A stretch of DNA of 63,241 bases, counting the filler, from Thraustochytrium aureum (Eukaryota): the NCBI GenBank assembly GCA_012862495.1. It is 7 parts of 5 records of this genome, joined end to end, with 100 filler letters (N's around TTAATTAATTAA, not from the genome) between each part and the next. Parts side by side here need not be neighbours in the genome. Positions count along the whole stretch, not along the records: positions 1 to 12,880 come from BLSG01000314.1; positions 12,981 to 21,494 come from BLSG01000314.1; positions 21,595 to 44,887 come from BLSG01000314.1; 4 more parts are not named here. The stretch is one strand, 5' to 3'. Shown piece after piece: positions 11,773 through 22,944 of this stretch. The number at the start of each line of letters is the position of its first letter. Positions within the stretch are counted from its first letter, which is position 1. Both the position numbers and the translations under genes were made by a program. The notes under the pieces were generated by a model. That model searched no databases. It saw only the letters and a list, made by a program, of their open reading frames with translations, and was not told the origin of the DNA.

Positions 11773-12880
11773 ATGGCGACGAGAATCATCCCGCTCGACG
11801 AGGTCGCCAGCCACAACAACGAGAAGGACTGCTGGATCGTCCTGCACGGGCGCGTACTGAACGTGACCGCCTTCTTGGACAGGCACCCCGGCGGGGCAGA
11901 GCAGATCCTCAAGTTCGCTGGCAAAGATGCCACCAAGACCTGGGATATGCTGCACGAGCTGTCTTTCATCGACGAGCACATCCCCAAAGCCTGCCAACTC
12001 GGCTACACGTCCCAGGAGGCCCTGGAGGAGCACCTCGGCGCAGCCAAAGACATGGTCGTCGAGGAGGGCAGGCGCCTAGTCGTCGTCGGGCAACGGCCCG
12101 GTGGCGCAAAACTTTCTCGAGACCATCGTCAAGGTCCAGAACAAGAGCCTCCCGCACTCCGTCGGGCGGTTTGGCATCACCGTGTTTTGCGAGGAGCTCC
12201 GACCCGCGTACGACCGCGTTGGAATGACAAAGTTCTTTGAGCACCGGGACCCGGACGCGCTCAACATCACCGATCTCAAGTTCCTGCGCGAGAACGGAAT
12301 CGACCTGCGCGTGGGCGAGCGCGTGACAAGCGTAGACCGCCTAGGACGCAAGGTGCAGACGCAGAAGGGCGAGTGGTTCGAGTACGACAAACTCGTGATG
12401 TGCACCGGGTCGTCCTGCTTCGTGCCGCCGATCCCCAACCTTAGCACCGAGGCGGAGGGCGTTTTCCTGTACCGCACGATCGAGGACATGCAGGGCATGA
12501 TCGCGCACGCAGCAAAATCCAAGCGCGCCGCCGTCCTGGGCGGCGGCCTGCTGGGCCTCGAGGCCGCCAAGGCCGTGCTCGACCTCAAGGTGCCCACCGC
12601 AGTGCTCGAGGTGGCGCCGTTCCTGATGCCGCAACAGCTGGACCAGCAAGGGGGCAAGTGCCTGGAGCAAATGATCCGCGAGCTCGGCATCGACGTCCTG
12701 AGCGGGATCAAGATCCCGGAGACCGTCGTCGAGGACGGCAAGCTGCGAGCCATCAAGGTCGTTCTCCCTGACGGCCGCGAGGAGACCCAGCCTTTCGACA
12801 TGCTGGTCGTGAGCTGCGGCGTGCGACCGCGAGACGAGCTGGCCAAGGCCTGCGGACTCGAGGTGGCCCCAAGAGGGGGC
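11773..12880 (+). CDS. Cytochrome b5 domain fused to NAD(P)H nitrite reductase (NirB-type) FAD/NAD-binding domain; 3' truncated
   Basis: Cyt b5 motifs HNNEKDCWIVLHGRV, HPGG and second His DMLH. After a one-base shift in the G run at ~12088: LVVVGNGPV, EELRPAYDRV, YDKLVMCTGSSCFVPPIP, VFLYRTIED, VLGGGLLGLEAA, LMPQQLD and GVRPRDELA, all typical of the NirB N-terminal half. Confidence 0.88.
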
Positions 12881-12980
12881 NNNNNNNNNNNNNNNNNNNN
12901 NNNNNNNNNNNNNNNNNNNNNNNNTTAATTAATTAANNNNNNNNNNNNNNNNNNNNNNNNNNNNNNNNNNNNNNNNNNNN
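12881..12980. other. Artificial scaffold linker N44-TTAATTAATTAA-N44 (also 21495-21594, 44888-44987, 48138-48237, 59109-59208, 61561-61660)
   Basis: Identical 100-bp structure occurs six times; the 12-mer places stops in all six frames. Confidence 0.97.
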
Positions 12981-14342
12981 AGCCGAGATCTCGTTTTGGA
13001 CAGCGCGTGCCGGCACGCTCCACGCGTCGTCATCCCATCCCGCAGCCCAGGCCATCCAGCCGGCCATCCAGCCGCCCGCCTGCAGCGCGAACCCTGCCAC
13101 GCGCCAGGGTGGCCCTCGAGCCACCGCGCGCGCTGGCTGGATGCTGCACCGGCGCGCTGGACTGCGGGATTGCGGCAGGAGAGAGAGGGGAGGTGGATCG
13201 CGGACCTCGCACGTGCGCGCGGGCGGAGCGTCGTCGGGGGCAGACGCCGGGGCCAGTGCCGTGCGTTGGCTCGCTTCGCGAGGGCTCGTTCGGTTGATGC
13301 GTTGAGGGGCCGTCTTCTGCGATCGTTGTGCACGTGGGCGGATAGATGGCCAGTGTCCGTGATGCCCTGAATCATGCGAGGCGCGACGTGGACAGCGCAC
13401 CTTGGCCGACCGCGCCAGAAGCGGAACGCGGTGTTGCTGGCTGCGCTAAAGAGACCCCAGCACGGTCCCGCCAGCCAGAACCGCAGTGATGACCAGCAGC
13501 CCAAGTTGACGAAGAGCCAAGCGAGTGATGGCAGCGCAAGATGAACTCGTAGACGTTCACCCGCAGATCGAAATAGTTGAGCCTCCGCGCATGCGAAGAA
13601 AGAAACAAGACAATGCCTGAGAGTGGCAACGACAGAGTAGGTACCTTAGAGTATGTCAGAGTCCGCGTCCACTCCGGATTGGTTGAGCCATTTCTCCAAA
13701 AGCGAGCGGCGCACCGAGTACTAACCTTGGTCTGATTCGCCTTGGTCTGGGTCCGCCAAAGCGTGCAGCCTCACAGTGGCGCAGTGAGGCGCGCCAGATA
13801 GTGCCAAAGCAATCTCCGAGTCGTTCAACATTCGGAGGCCGCGCGCCTTCCGTCCCTTTCAGCGTACTAACTGCGCTGTGGAGAACCTCGCCAACCACAT
13901 GGAGAGCATCAACCAGACCGGTTCGTACAGGACTGGTCTCTTCAGCGCGCGGCTTCTGTCGCGCGCAGAGGTCTCCGCCTCGAAAGGCACATGCCCGCCA
14001 CATGCGTCCCAGGCAACCCCAGTTCCCCCGAGACGGGCAACCCACTCGTGCGGAACGTATTTGATTGGGTATGTTTTCTCGAGCTGCCCGCCACGGAAAC
14101 ACCCATGGTCGATGGGACTTTCCGGCGTTGCCGTGCACACGGAGCTCCAGTCGAAGGCCTTTCGAAGGCCATTCGAAGCCGAGTCGAAGCCCGAATTGGT
14201 CGCGGACGAAAGAAACTCGAGTTGACAGCTGCGTGCGGGCGCGCGGCCAGGTCCTGCGGCAACTCCGTCGCTCGACGCCTCGGCCGGCTTCATTTGCCAG
14301 AACGACTTGAAGGCAGACGACGCGCTGCAGAGGCTTGAAACG

Positions 14343-15458
14343 ATGGTCGAGCGCGCAGGACGGAAGCGGCCTCGTGACGTGGCGCGGGCCGACACCTCGG
14401 CCGCGACTCTTGCGCTGGCCGCCAAAGCTCGCGTCGAGCAAGGGCCAGCCAAGGAGGCCCGCGCGGCGAATGGCGGAAACGAAGCGGGCGAGAAGCGGCA
14501 AGCCGTGCCGGGTGCGCAAGGGCAGGCGGCGGTAGCTCGGGCGAAGAAGATGAAGAAGAAGGAGAGCGGCGAAGCGGCCAAAGCGGTCGTTGCTGACTCG
14601 AATTGGAAAAAACTGCAGAGCGCCGGTGTAATCAAGCGCAAGAAAGTAAACCGGCATCACGCTGCGGACGAGAAGCGCAAGGCAGAGGCGAAGAAGCTCG
14701 ACGCCGAGGTCACAAAGTTCCCCGTGGTTGACTGGGCTAAGCGCGCCGCGAAGCCCGGCCGATCCCGTGTCGTGGCCATCGACTGCGAGATGGTCGGCGT
14801 CGGCCCAAAGAGCGAGTCAGAGCTCGCTCAGATATGCGTTGTGAACGAGGAGGGCGAGGTTTTGTACGAGTCGTATGCCAAGCCCAGAGGCACCATCACC
14901 GACTACCGGACCAAGTACTCTGGTATCCGGCCCAGCGACTTGGTGCGGGCGCCCGACGTTTTCACGGTGCAGACCAAAGTGGCCGACATCATTCGTGGCA
15001 AGATTCTAGTGGGACACTCGCTGAAGAACGACCTGTCTGTGTTGATGCTCAAGCACCCAGGGTCGCTGCTCCGTGACACGGCAAAGTACACGCCGTTCAA
15101 GCGCCCCTGCACAGAGATCGCAGGCCGGCTCCGGACACCCAAACTCCGCGACCTCGCGCTGCAAGAGCTCGGCGTTCGGATCCAAGAAGGCGAGCACGAC
15201 CCATACATTGACGCGCGCGCCTCGCTCGAGCTGTACAAAAAGCACCGCGATGCTTGGGAGAAAACGCTGACGGACATGCGGCTCAAGCGCCGTACGGAAC
15301 GCGAGCAAACGATGCGCGGGAACAAGCGCCGTGCTGCTTTGCGCCAGCCAGAGGCCGTAGAGCCATCTCCAGTGCAAGTGGAGACAAAGGAAACGCGAGC
15401 GGACGCGCTTGACCCGTTTGCGCGGAAACAGAACAAGCATCGCCGGCGCAAGGTCTGA
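14343..15458 (+). CDS. REXO4: RNA exonuclease 4 (DEDDh)
   Basis: SNWKKL, VAIDCEMVGVG, TDYRTKYSGI, LVGHSLKNDL, RDTA and IQEGEHDPYIDARA motifs; basic N- and C-terminal tails. Confidence 0.92.
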   Translation: MVERAGRKRPRDVARADTSAATLALAAKARVEQGPAKEARAANGGNEAGEKRQAVPGAQGQAAVARAKKMKKKESGEAAKAVVADSNWKKLQSAGVIKRKKVNRHHAADEKRKAEAKKLDAEVTKFPVVDWAKRAAKPGRSRVVAIDCEMVGVGPKSESELAQICVVNEEGEVLYESYAKPRGTITDYRTKYSGIRPSDLVRAPDVFTVQTKVADIIRGKILVGHSLKNDLSVLMLKHPGSLLRDTAKYTPFKRPCTEIAGRLRTPKLRDLALQELGVRIQEGEHDPYIDARASLELYKKHRDAWEKTLTDMRLKRRTEREQTMRGNKRRAALRQPEAVEPSPVQVETKETRADALDPFARKQNKHRRRKV

Positions 15459-16320
15459 GAGGTCAACACGGCGCAATTCGTACCGTCGAATGGAGAAGCA
15501 GAAGCAGGGCCTTGCCGAGCTGGCTTACTTACCGCGCGGCCGTCGAGCGGGGCGAGCACCTGAGCATCTCTAGCTCTGGCTGGGGTCATTCATTTCATGG
15601 ACTACGTTTCAAGGAGACGAAGTCACCGTGGTCCAGAAGCTCGTAGCTCCGCGAGGCCCTTTCACGCTTCGCAAAGAGTGAAGTCGAAGCTGAGCCGACC
15701 AAGGAATATCAGTTCAGATACGTGCGACTTGCTCAAAAGTTGCTGAAAATTAAAATCTCAAGTTGTCTTTGGTTTGAGTCGATTTCACTTGGGCGGCCCA
15801 GGAGAATGCAGCAGCCTTCCGCTCATAACAACATGCCGCTGACACCTTCGTACGTCAAGTGACCTCGTCGATTCACCCCGCAGGCAAATCGAGCCGCAAG
15901 GTCGGCCAAGGTCCCCCTAAATCGGTCCTTTACTCCCTCCAGGAAGAGCTCCGGGTCTCACCTTCACGTCGAGGCAGAGAGCGCACTCGCAGCAACGCTT
16001 GCACATGCAAAGCACATGACCCAATAGAAGGGCTGCTCTCCCGATCGGGCAGCTCTCCTCGGAAGATGCACGCTACTCGGTACAGCGGTCGCGCGTGCGA
16101 GGGATTGCCGTCGAGAGATCGTCGTCGCGCGCGCGCTCACACCCTCACGAAGATGTTGACAGCGGGCCAGGCCATCAAGGCCGAGGAGTGGGCAACGCGG
16201 GAAAGGGAGGGAATGAGAGTGCCTGCGGGGCCGAGTGGCCAGCCTGCGCCTCACGCGGCGGTCCCCGATCTGCGCCTTCGTTTGATTATGGTCCTGGTTA
16301 GTTATAGTCCTGCTGATTTG

Positions 16321-17185
16321 TTATTTCTTCTGACCTCGGCGAGGTGTGCGGCTCACAGGCACTGTTCCACATAGCTCGAAAATGGCGTAAAAGACGGTCA
16401 TGGCGAGGCCAACGGCAAAGATGCCCTGCGACACGGTTGCGGCAGTCGCAAAGAGGACCACGCCGCCCCAGATCGACAGCGTTGCGCCGAGGTACTGCGG
16501 GTGCGGCACCACGCTGAAGGGAAAGCCGTACACCCATGGCACCTCCTGGCCCAAGCGGCACCCGTAGTAGACGCCGGCTTCACCGATGGTCTTGTACACG
16601 TAGTAGTTGAACAGCTGGCCCAGCGCGCCGAGCTGCGCGCCCAAAAGCAGCTGGAACGGCTCGCGCGCCTTGAAGAAGGCCAGCAGGTCGGCCACTCCCG
16701 TCCTCAGCAGACTGGGGTCGGCCAAGGTGCTGGGGCCCAAAAAGTAGGCCACGACCGCGGCGCCCTGGATGATCTTGATCAAGTGCGCCAGCATCGCAAA
16801 CATCTGGAACGGCTCCCCGAGGCCCTTGGTTCGCTCGTAGAATCCCTTCGCCCGAGTCCAGACAAAGTAGTAGGTGACGTGCGGCAGCGACAGGACCGCC
16901 AGCAGCGCCCAAAACTCGGTCGTCTTGGCAAAGTCAAACTGGCTCACGGCAGCATCGCCCTGGAGCCCTGCCCACAGCCGCTTGCCGACCTCCTCGGGCT
17001 CGATATCCAGGCCCAGAACAGCGGCCGCCCACGGCGCGACCAGCCCCGCCAGGAGCGCGAGCTGCAGCAGCCGGTCAGTGTAGGGCCCTTCAGCCGTGCC
17101 CGCCTGGGCCACCTGCTTTCGGCCCCTTGGCGGGCGCTTGGTCGGGCCCGGCCTTGGCCTTCCCGGCGCGTTTCGTCACCGCCAT
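16321..17185 (-). CDS. Phospholipid N-methyltransferase (PEMT/PLMT family)
   Basis: GQLFNYYVYKTIGEAGVYYG.RLG..VPWVYGFPFSVVPHPQYLGA with several TM helices. Likely ATG is 17185 with a homopolymer shift near 17118; the true stop may be ~16353 if the A/T run near 16380 is one base too long. Confidence 0.87.
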
Positions 17186-17901
17186 GCTCGCTTGCTCGCT
17201 TGCTCGCTTGCTGCCTGGCCTTCTCGGCGTGGGTGCACGGACGGACGAACGGACGGACGGAATTCAACGAGCGGCACAAGACAAGCGCGCGCCAAAGGGG
17301 TCCCCGGGCGCCCTGCTCCCGCGCTGCCTGCTGCACTGCCTGCTCGCCCGCGTCCTGCTCGTCGTTCAACCTGCAAAATCAACTCGACGCACCAATCCAG
17401 GTGTGCACTCGCCTTTCCAATTGGGTGCGTGTTCCGATGAAGAAGACGCGGGAGCGCACAAGGTGAGCGTGTGTTCTTCTGGTGCAAAAAAGTGTGCGCG
17501 TGTTCCGATCAAGTGAAGATGGGTTCTCTGCTCGGTCGTGCCCTGTTGGTCTTCTTGTTCTTTCAAGATGAAGGAGGGAACTCCGTGCGCGACTTGTGTG
17601 CGCGTTTCGGTGGATGGGCACGCTGTGCACGCGTTTCGATGAAGTTGTGTTGTTTTCTTTTGTGTTGTGTCTGGGGCGAGATGGTGAGAGATTGGGATGG
17701 CTTGCGTCGGGCGACTCGCGAGAGTCCAGGAGGCGGTGCCGAAGCCAGGCAGCTTGCTTGTTGGCGTGCTTGTTGGCGTGCTTGCCTGCTCGTTAGCCCG
17801 TTCTCTTGCCTGCCCGCCGGCTCGCCTGCTGGCTGGCTTGCCTGCTGGCTTGCTCGGGTTCGAGCTGCTGTGCGGGGATGTGGCCGAGGACGGCCGGCAG
17901 A

Positions 17902-19258
17902 ATGGCGGCCAAGGCGCTGTCGAGCTCCGCAGTCGCCGCCGGCGGGACGCGGCTGGCGAAGCGAGCGCAGGGGCGACAAGGCGGAAATATCTTTGCGAGC
18001 GCGACGGCGATGGCCAACGAGTACGCGAGCGTGAACCTTGGGCGTAAGTTGGCCAGGCGACGGAGCGGTCGCGCCGGAGACGAACGCTGACGCAGCCCTG
18101 AGGCCCGGGATGTGGTGGTGGTATGGGATGTGCAGAAGGGTTTCCGTCGTTCCCCACCCCCGAGTTTTGCGTGGATTGCGTCGTCGAGGCCGTCCGCCGC
18201 GGCGACAACCAGTACACCCGGCCGGGTGGCAACCCGTTCCTGGTCGAGGTCATCAGCGAGTTTTACGGCCCGCTCATGCCCGGGCAGACCATCGATCCGA
18301 TGCGAAACGTGGCCGTTTGCAGCGGTGCGCAAGAGGGCATCTACAACATTCTGGCAACGTTCTGCGACGAGGGAGACCAGATGCTGTGCATCGAGCCGTT
18401 TTTCGACGCGTATCGGAAAGCAGCCGACCTGGTCGGCGTGGAGACCGTCGGCGTCCCGCTGCGCCTGGAAGCGTACAAGCAGGACGGAGCGCCCCAGAGC
18501 GCGGCGGCCTTCAAGCTCGACATCGAGGAGCTGGAAGCCGCCATCACGCCGCGCACCAAGCTCCTGATTATCAACACGCCGCACAACCCGACGGGCAAGG
18601 TGTTTTCCCGCGCCGAGCTCGAGGCCGTCGCAGAGGTGGTGCGCCGGCACCCGCGCTTGATCGTCCTGAGCGACGAAGTGTACGAGTTCATGACCTTTGA
18701 CGGCCTTTCGCATGAGCGGATTGCGCTCCTGCCGGACATGTGGGACCGAACGATTTCGCTCTTCTCTGCAGGCAAGACGTTTTCGGCGACGGGGTGGCGC
18801 GTTGGGTACTACATCGGGCCCGCGGACTTGATGGAGCCGCTAATGGAGACTCAGGGCATCGTTGCCTTTTGTGCGCCGACCCCGCTGCAAGTCGCCGTTG
18901 GCCACGCTTTCCGCAAGGGGGCGGAGCAAGGGTACTTTGCCGAGCTGGCCGCTTCGCTGCAGCGCAAGCGGGACCGCCTCTGTGCCGCACTCGAGGGGGC
19001 GGGCTGGACCCTGTCGTCTCCCAAGGCGGGTACTTTGTCTTGGCCGACACCGGGTCCATCCCTGTGCCGCCGCAGGCCCGCCGCGACGTTGCCGTGAACA
19101 AGTGGCTCACACAAAACCGCGGCGTGACCGGGATCCCCACCAGCTACTTTTATAGCCCGGGGAACGAGCACCTCGCCGACAACGTGCTGCGTTTCGCGTA
19201 CTGCAAGACCGACGCGGAGCTCGACGCGGCAGCCGCGAGCCTCGCCCGGCGCGCCTGA
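17902..19258 (+). CDS. PLP aminotransferase class I/II, kynurenine aminotransferase/glutamine transaminase K-like; intron 18044-18135
   Basis: Splicing GTAAGT...TGCAG restores VNLGQGFP. NQYTR, INTPHNPTGKV, LSDEVYE, SAGKTFSATGWRVG (PLP Lys) and RFAYCK motifs; frameshift near 19003. Confidence 0.92.
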
Positions 19259-19803
19259 TCCTGCCGGGTGCCGGCCAGGACCCCGAAGCAGCGCAATAGC
19301 ATGGACGCCACCAAACAGTGGATGGTTGCTCCTGGCGCCGCACTTTCAGATCGCCACCACGCGTGGCTGCGTCGCGTTGGCGGAGCGCGTGGTGCGCGAA
19401 CCGTCCTTCCCCGAACAGCCCAGACGCATACCAAACCCACGTGGAGTAGCATTGAACCAACTTTTAAGCGTTGAACAACGTGCAGGCCACAACCCTCCAA
19501 AGAAGCCAATCTCCAGCTCGCCAGCCGCAGCTGAGGCACGGCTCGCGCGCTGCTCGACCAGGCCCAAGCCGGCCGCCAATCCGGCGAGGCCCGCTTGCAC
19601 CTTGCAGATACGGGTCGGACGCCGCAAGAGTCGTGGCGCAGGCAGAACATCACCGAGGGAGAGCTGCTCCAGCGCCGCTGCCTGCGAGCGACACGAGCTG
19701 CGAGGTCCCGCCGGACAGACACGAGAGGGCGGCGCGCGCCTTGCAGCGAGGGCCGGCGGCCGCGGGCAGGAAGCGGTGCTGGCGCAACGACCGCCGCGCA
19801 GCG

Positions 19804-21429
19804 ATGGGGGCAGAGAGCGATGCTGTCCGCGCAAGGCTGACCAGGTTTTACGAGACGTAAGTCGCGGCTGGCGGGGCGCAGGGAAGGCAGGGGGGTCGTG
19901 GCTCGTTGGGCTGACGCGCGCTGGTCTGCTGGGGCGCTGGACGGCTCTCGCCTGCGCTCGGTCGTTAGGTACCAGCCGGAGAAGCTCAAGGATGTGGACA
20001 AGCTCGTCGAGAAGGTCGGCGACAGCGCCAGCAACATGGACAAGCTCATGGAGGCGCTGACCGACAAGTACGGGCCCGAGCCGCTCGTGAGCGACCCGGA
20101 GGGGCTCCGCAAACGCATTACCGCGTTCTACCAGCACTACAACCCTGCCAAGCTCGGCACGGTGGATGCCCTGGTCGAGCGCACCAAGGGCAAGGCCACC
20201 TACGAGGAGCGGCTCATGGGCATGCTCGTCGACAAGTATGGCGAGGAGCCCGGCGCAAAACCCGGCCGACCGCGCCGGCGACCATGGCGCGGCTAGCGCC
20301 AAGGGAGCAACAGGCGCCGCGGGCGGGGCACGCCGTGGCGGCGCCGGCGAGGACGATGCCGAGCAGGCCGAGGGCGGCGTCGGCGGCCGTNNNNNNNNNN
20401 NNNNNNNNNNNNNNNNNNNNNNNNNNNNNNNNNNNNNNNNNNNNNNNNNNNNNNNNNNNNNNNNNNNNNNNNNNNNNNNNNNNNNNNNNNNNNNNNNNNN
20501 NNNNNNNNNNNNNNNNNNNNNNNNNNNNNNNNNNNNNNNNNNNNNNNNNNNNNNNNNNNNNNNNNNNNNNNNNNNNNNNCGACGACGACGACAGCGACTT
20601 TGATGAGCCGTTTGAGGAGCGTCTAGTCAGGTACTACTCGCGGTACGCGCCTGAGAAGCTCGAGGACGTGCCCAAGCTCGTGGAAAAGACGCAAGGCAAG
20701 TGGCAGAACGAGGAGAAGCTGATGGAGATGCTTGTTAACAAGTACGGCCCTGAACCTGAAAAGGCCAAGAAATCTGCCAAGGAGTCCGTCACCGTCGCGG
20801 CTAGCGCAAGCGGAGTCGGTGCCGGCGCCCAGGCCGTGGGTGGGGCCGGGGCCGACCAGGCCATCGGGGACGGCATCCTACGCAAGGTGATATACTGCCC
20901 TGTCGATGGCATGCCGCCCGAGTACTGCGAGTACCTGCCAACCTTCCTCGACTGCCTGCCGTGGCTCGAACTGAACTGCCCCGACCTCGTCCTCACGAGC
21001 AAGAAGGGCAAGACGGTGTCCGAGTATGCCGAGGAGATCCGAGGGGGGGCGGAGGGCGCAGAAGACGGCAAGTCGAGCAAGCGCGGTGGCGCTGGACTCC
21101 CCAACAAGGCCAAGGGAAAGAAGGGCCACAAGGATGCTGGAGTCTCCGTTGAGCGGTCGCAGAGGCAAAAGCGCAAGTTTGTCACCAGCGTGATCGGCCT
21201 CGATACCTTTGACGTCAAGCTCAAGGACGCGGCCAAGCAGATGGGCCGCAAGTTTGCGTGCGGGGCCTCGGTCAACAAGCTCCCTGATGGCCGGCAGAGC
21301 ATCGACATCCAGGGCGACTACATTTACGACGTGCCCGACCTCATCCTCGAGCTCTTTCCTTCCGTGGACAAGCACAAGATCTCGCTCATTTCCGACGGCA
21401 AGAAGACGCTCGCATTCCCGCCTGGCTGA
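19804..21429 (+). CDS. DENR: DENR/Tma22 (SUI1-domain reinitiation factor) with N-terminal ~45-aa repeats; intron 19857-19968, internal gap
   Basis: VIYCPVDGMPPEYCEY...C..WL Zn-binding region and SUI1 domain (RKFVTSVIGL, KFACGASV, IDIQGD). The GTAAGT...TTAG intron restores repeat 1. Confidence 0.87.
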
Positions 21430-22944
21430 CCTCGTTCGCGCAGGCTCCGAGCCGGCCCTCGCCCTCGTCCAGCGTCCGCGCTCGACGCCGCTGTNNNNNN
21501 NNNNNNNNNNNNNNNNNNNNNNNNNNNNNNNNNNNNNNTTAATTAATTAANNNNNNNNNNNNNNNNNNNNNNNNNNNNNNNNNNNNNNNNNNNNACAACT
21601 CGCTGGCCGCGGCTTTGCCGCCTTCGTCGCCGGGCCGGCAGGCGCTCCCCCTCGCCTGGCCAACAGCCTTGCTCCGCCGGCGCCTCGCCCGCAGCCGCGG
21701 GGCGCGCACGCGAGACGCCTTCGTGGTCAAGTACGCGTAGGAAAACGCTCACGCTCGTGGCCTGTCAGGGCGAACAACGATCATTCCGCAGCGCCTCCTC
21801 CTCATTCTTGATCAACAATGAATCAAGAAATCGCAAGAAACCAACCGCGCCATCGGCCCAGCGGCTTCCTCCCATCCCGCCCGCGTTCTGGAAACGAGGC
21901 GGCCGATCTCCTTCATCACGAGGAGGCGCCGTGCTTCGGAGTCAGCACCTGACTCGGCCATCACCGACGATCATCACCAGACGCGGCACGCCACTTACCA
22001 TACGACTTGCGACGCGCGCCTTGCGGCTGAAGCCTCAAGACTCCTGCTCCTGCTCCTGCCGCAATTCGCCGGTGCAAAACGCACGAGGAATGCGCTGGCA
22101 CCGCGTCGTTCCTCCCATCGCGCTTGCCGGGTGAACGGGAGAGAGGGGGCGGCCAGGGCGGCGGCGGGCTTCAAGAGCCGGCCCGCGCCTCACTGGCAGG
22201 CCCCTCCCTCGCCAAGCACATGCCATGGGGCTTGGAAGGCCGTGAAGCACATGGGGCCCTCAGGGGCGGACGCCAAGCGCGGCTCAGCGATGACTCGGAT
22301 GCGAGTGTTCGTTCAGCTGTTGATGTTTTTCTTGAAATTGAATTCAAGTTGATTGTTGTCTTGAAATCAATTCAATCGCTGCTGTCTGTGGTTCGTTGGT
22401 TTGCTGTCTTTGGTTTGTCTTTGGTTTTGGTTTTGGTTTGTCTTTGGTTTGTTCAAGTTGTTGGTCTGTTGTTGTGTTTTTGGGAGGAGCTGAAGAACAG
22501 AAAGCAGAGTTCAGGTCGGAGAGAAGTGGCCAGCAGCACAGCGGGAGACAGAACANNNNNNNNNNNNNNNNNNNNNNNNNNNNNNNNNNNNNNNNNNNNN
22601 NNNNNNNNNNNNNNNNNNNNNNNNNNNNNNNNNNNNNNNNNNNNNNNNNNNNNNNNNNNNNNNNNNNNNNNNNNNNNNNNNNNNNNNNNNNNNNNNNNNN
22701 NNNNNNNNNNNNNNNNNNNNNNNNNNNNNNNNNNNNNNNNNNNNNNNNNNNNNNNNNNNNNNNNNNNNNNNNNNNNNNNNNNNNNNNNNNNNNNNNNNNN
22801 NNNNNNNNNNNNNNNNNNNNNNNNNNNNNNNNNNNNNNNNNNNNNNNNNNNNNNNNNNNNNNNNNNNNNNNNNNNNNNNNNNNNNNNNNNNNNNNNNNNN
22901 NNNNNNNNNNNNNNNNNNNNNNNNNNNNNNNNNNNNNNNNNNNN

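Noticed and set aside
12925..12936. TTAATTAATTAA repeated six times (possible regulatory or transposon TTAA site)
   Set aside because: Always centred in exactly 44+44 N. It is a concatenation linker, so genes across it are not neighbours.
12981..14340. Several 100-330-aa ORFs upstream of REXO4
   Set aside because: No motifs or coding bias recognised; treated as noncoding or unresolved.
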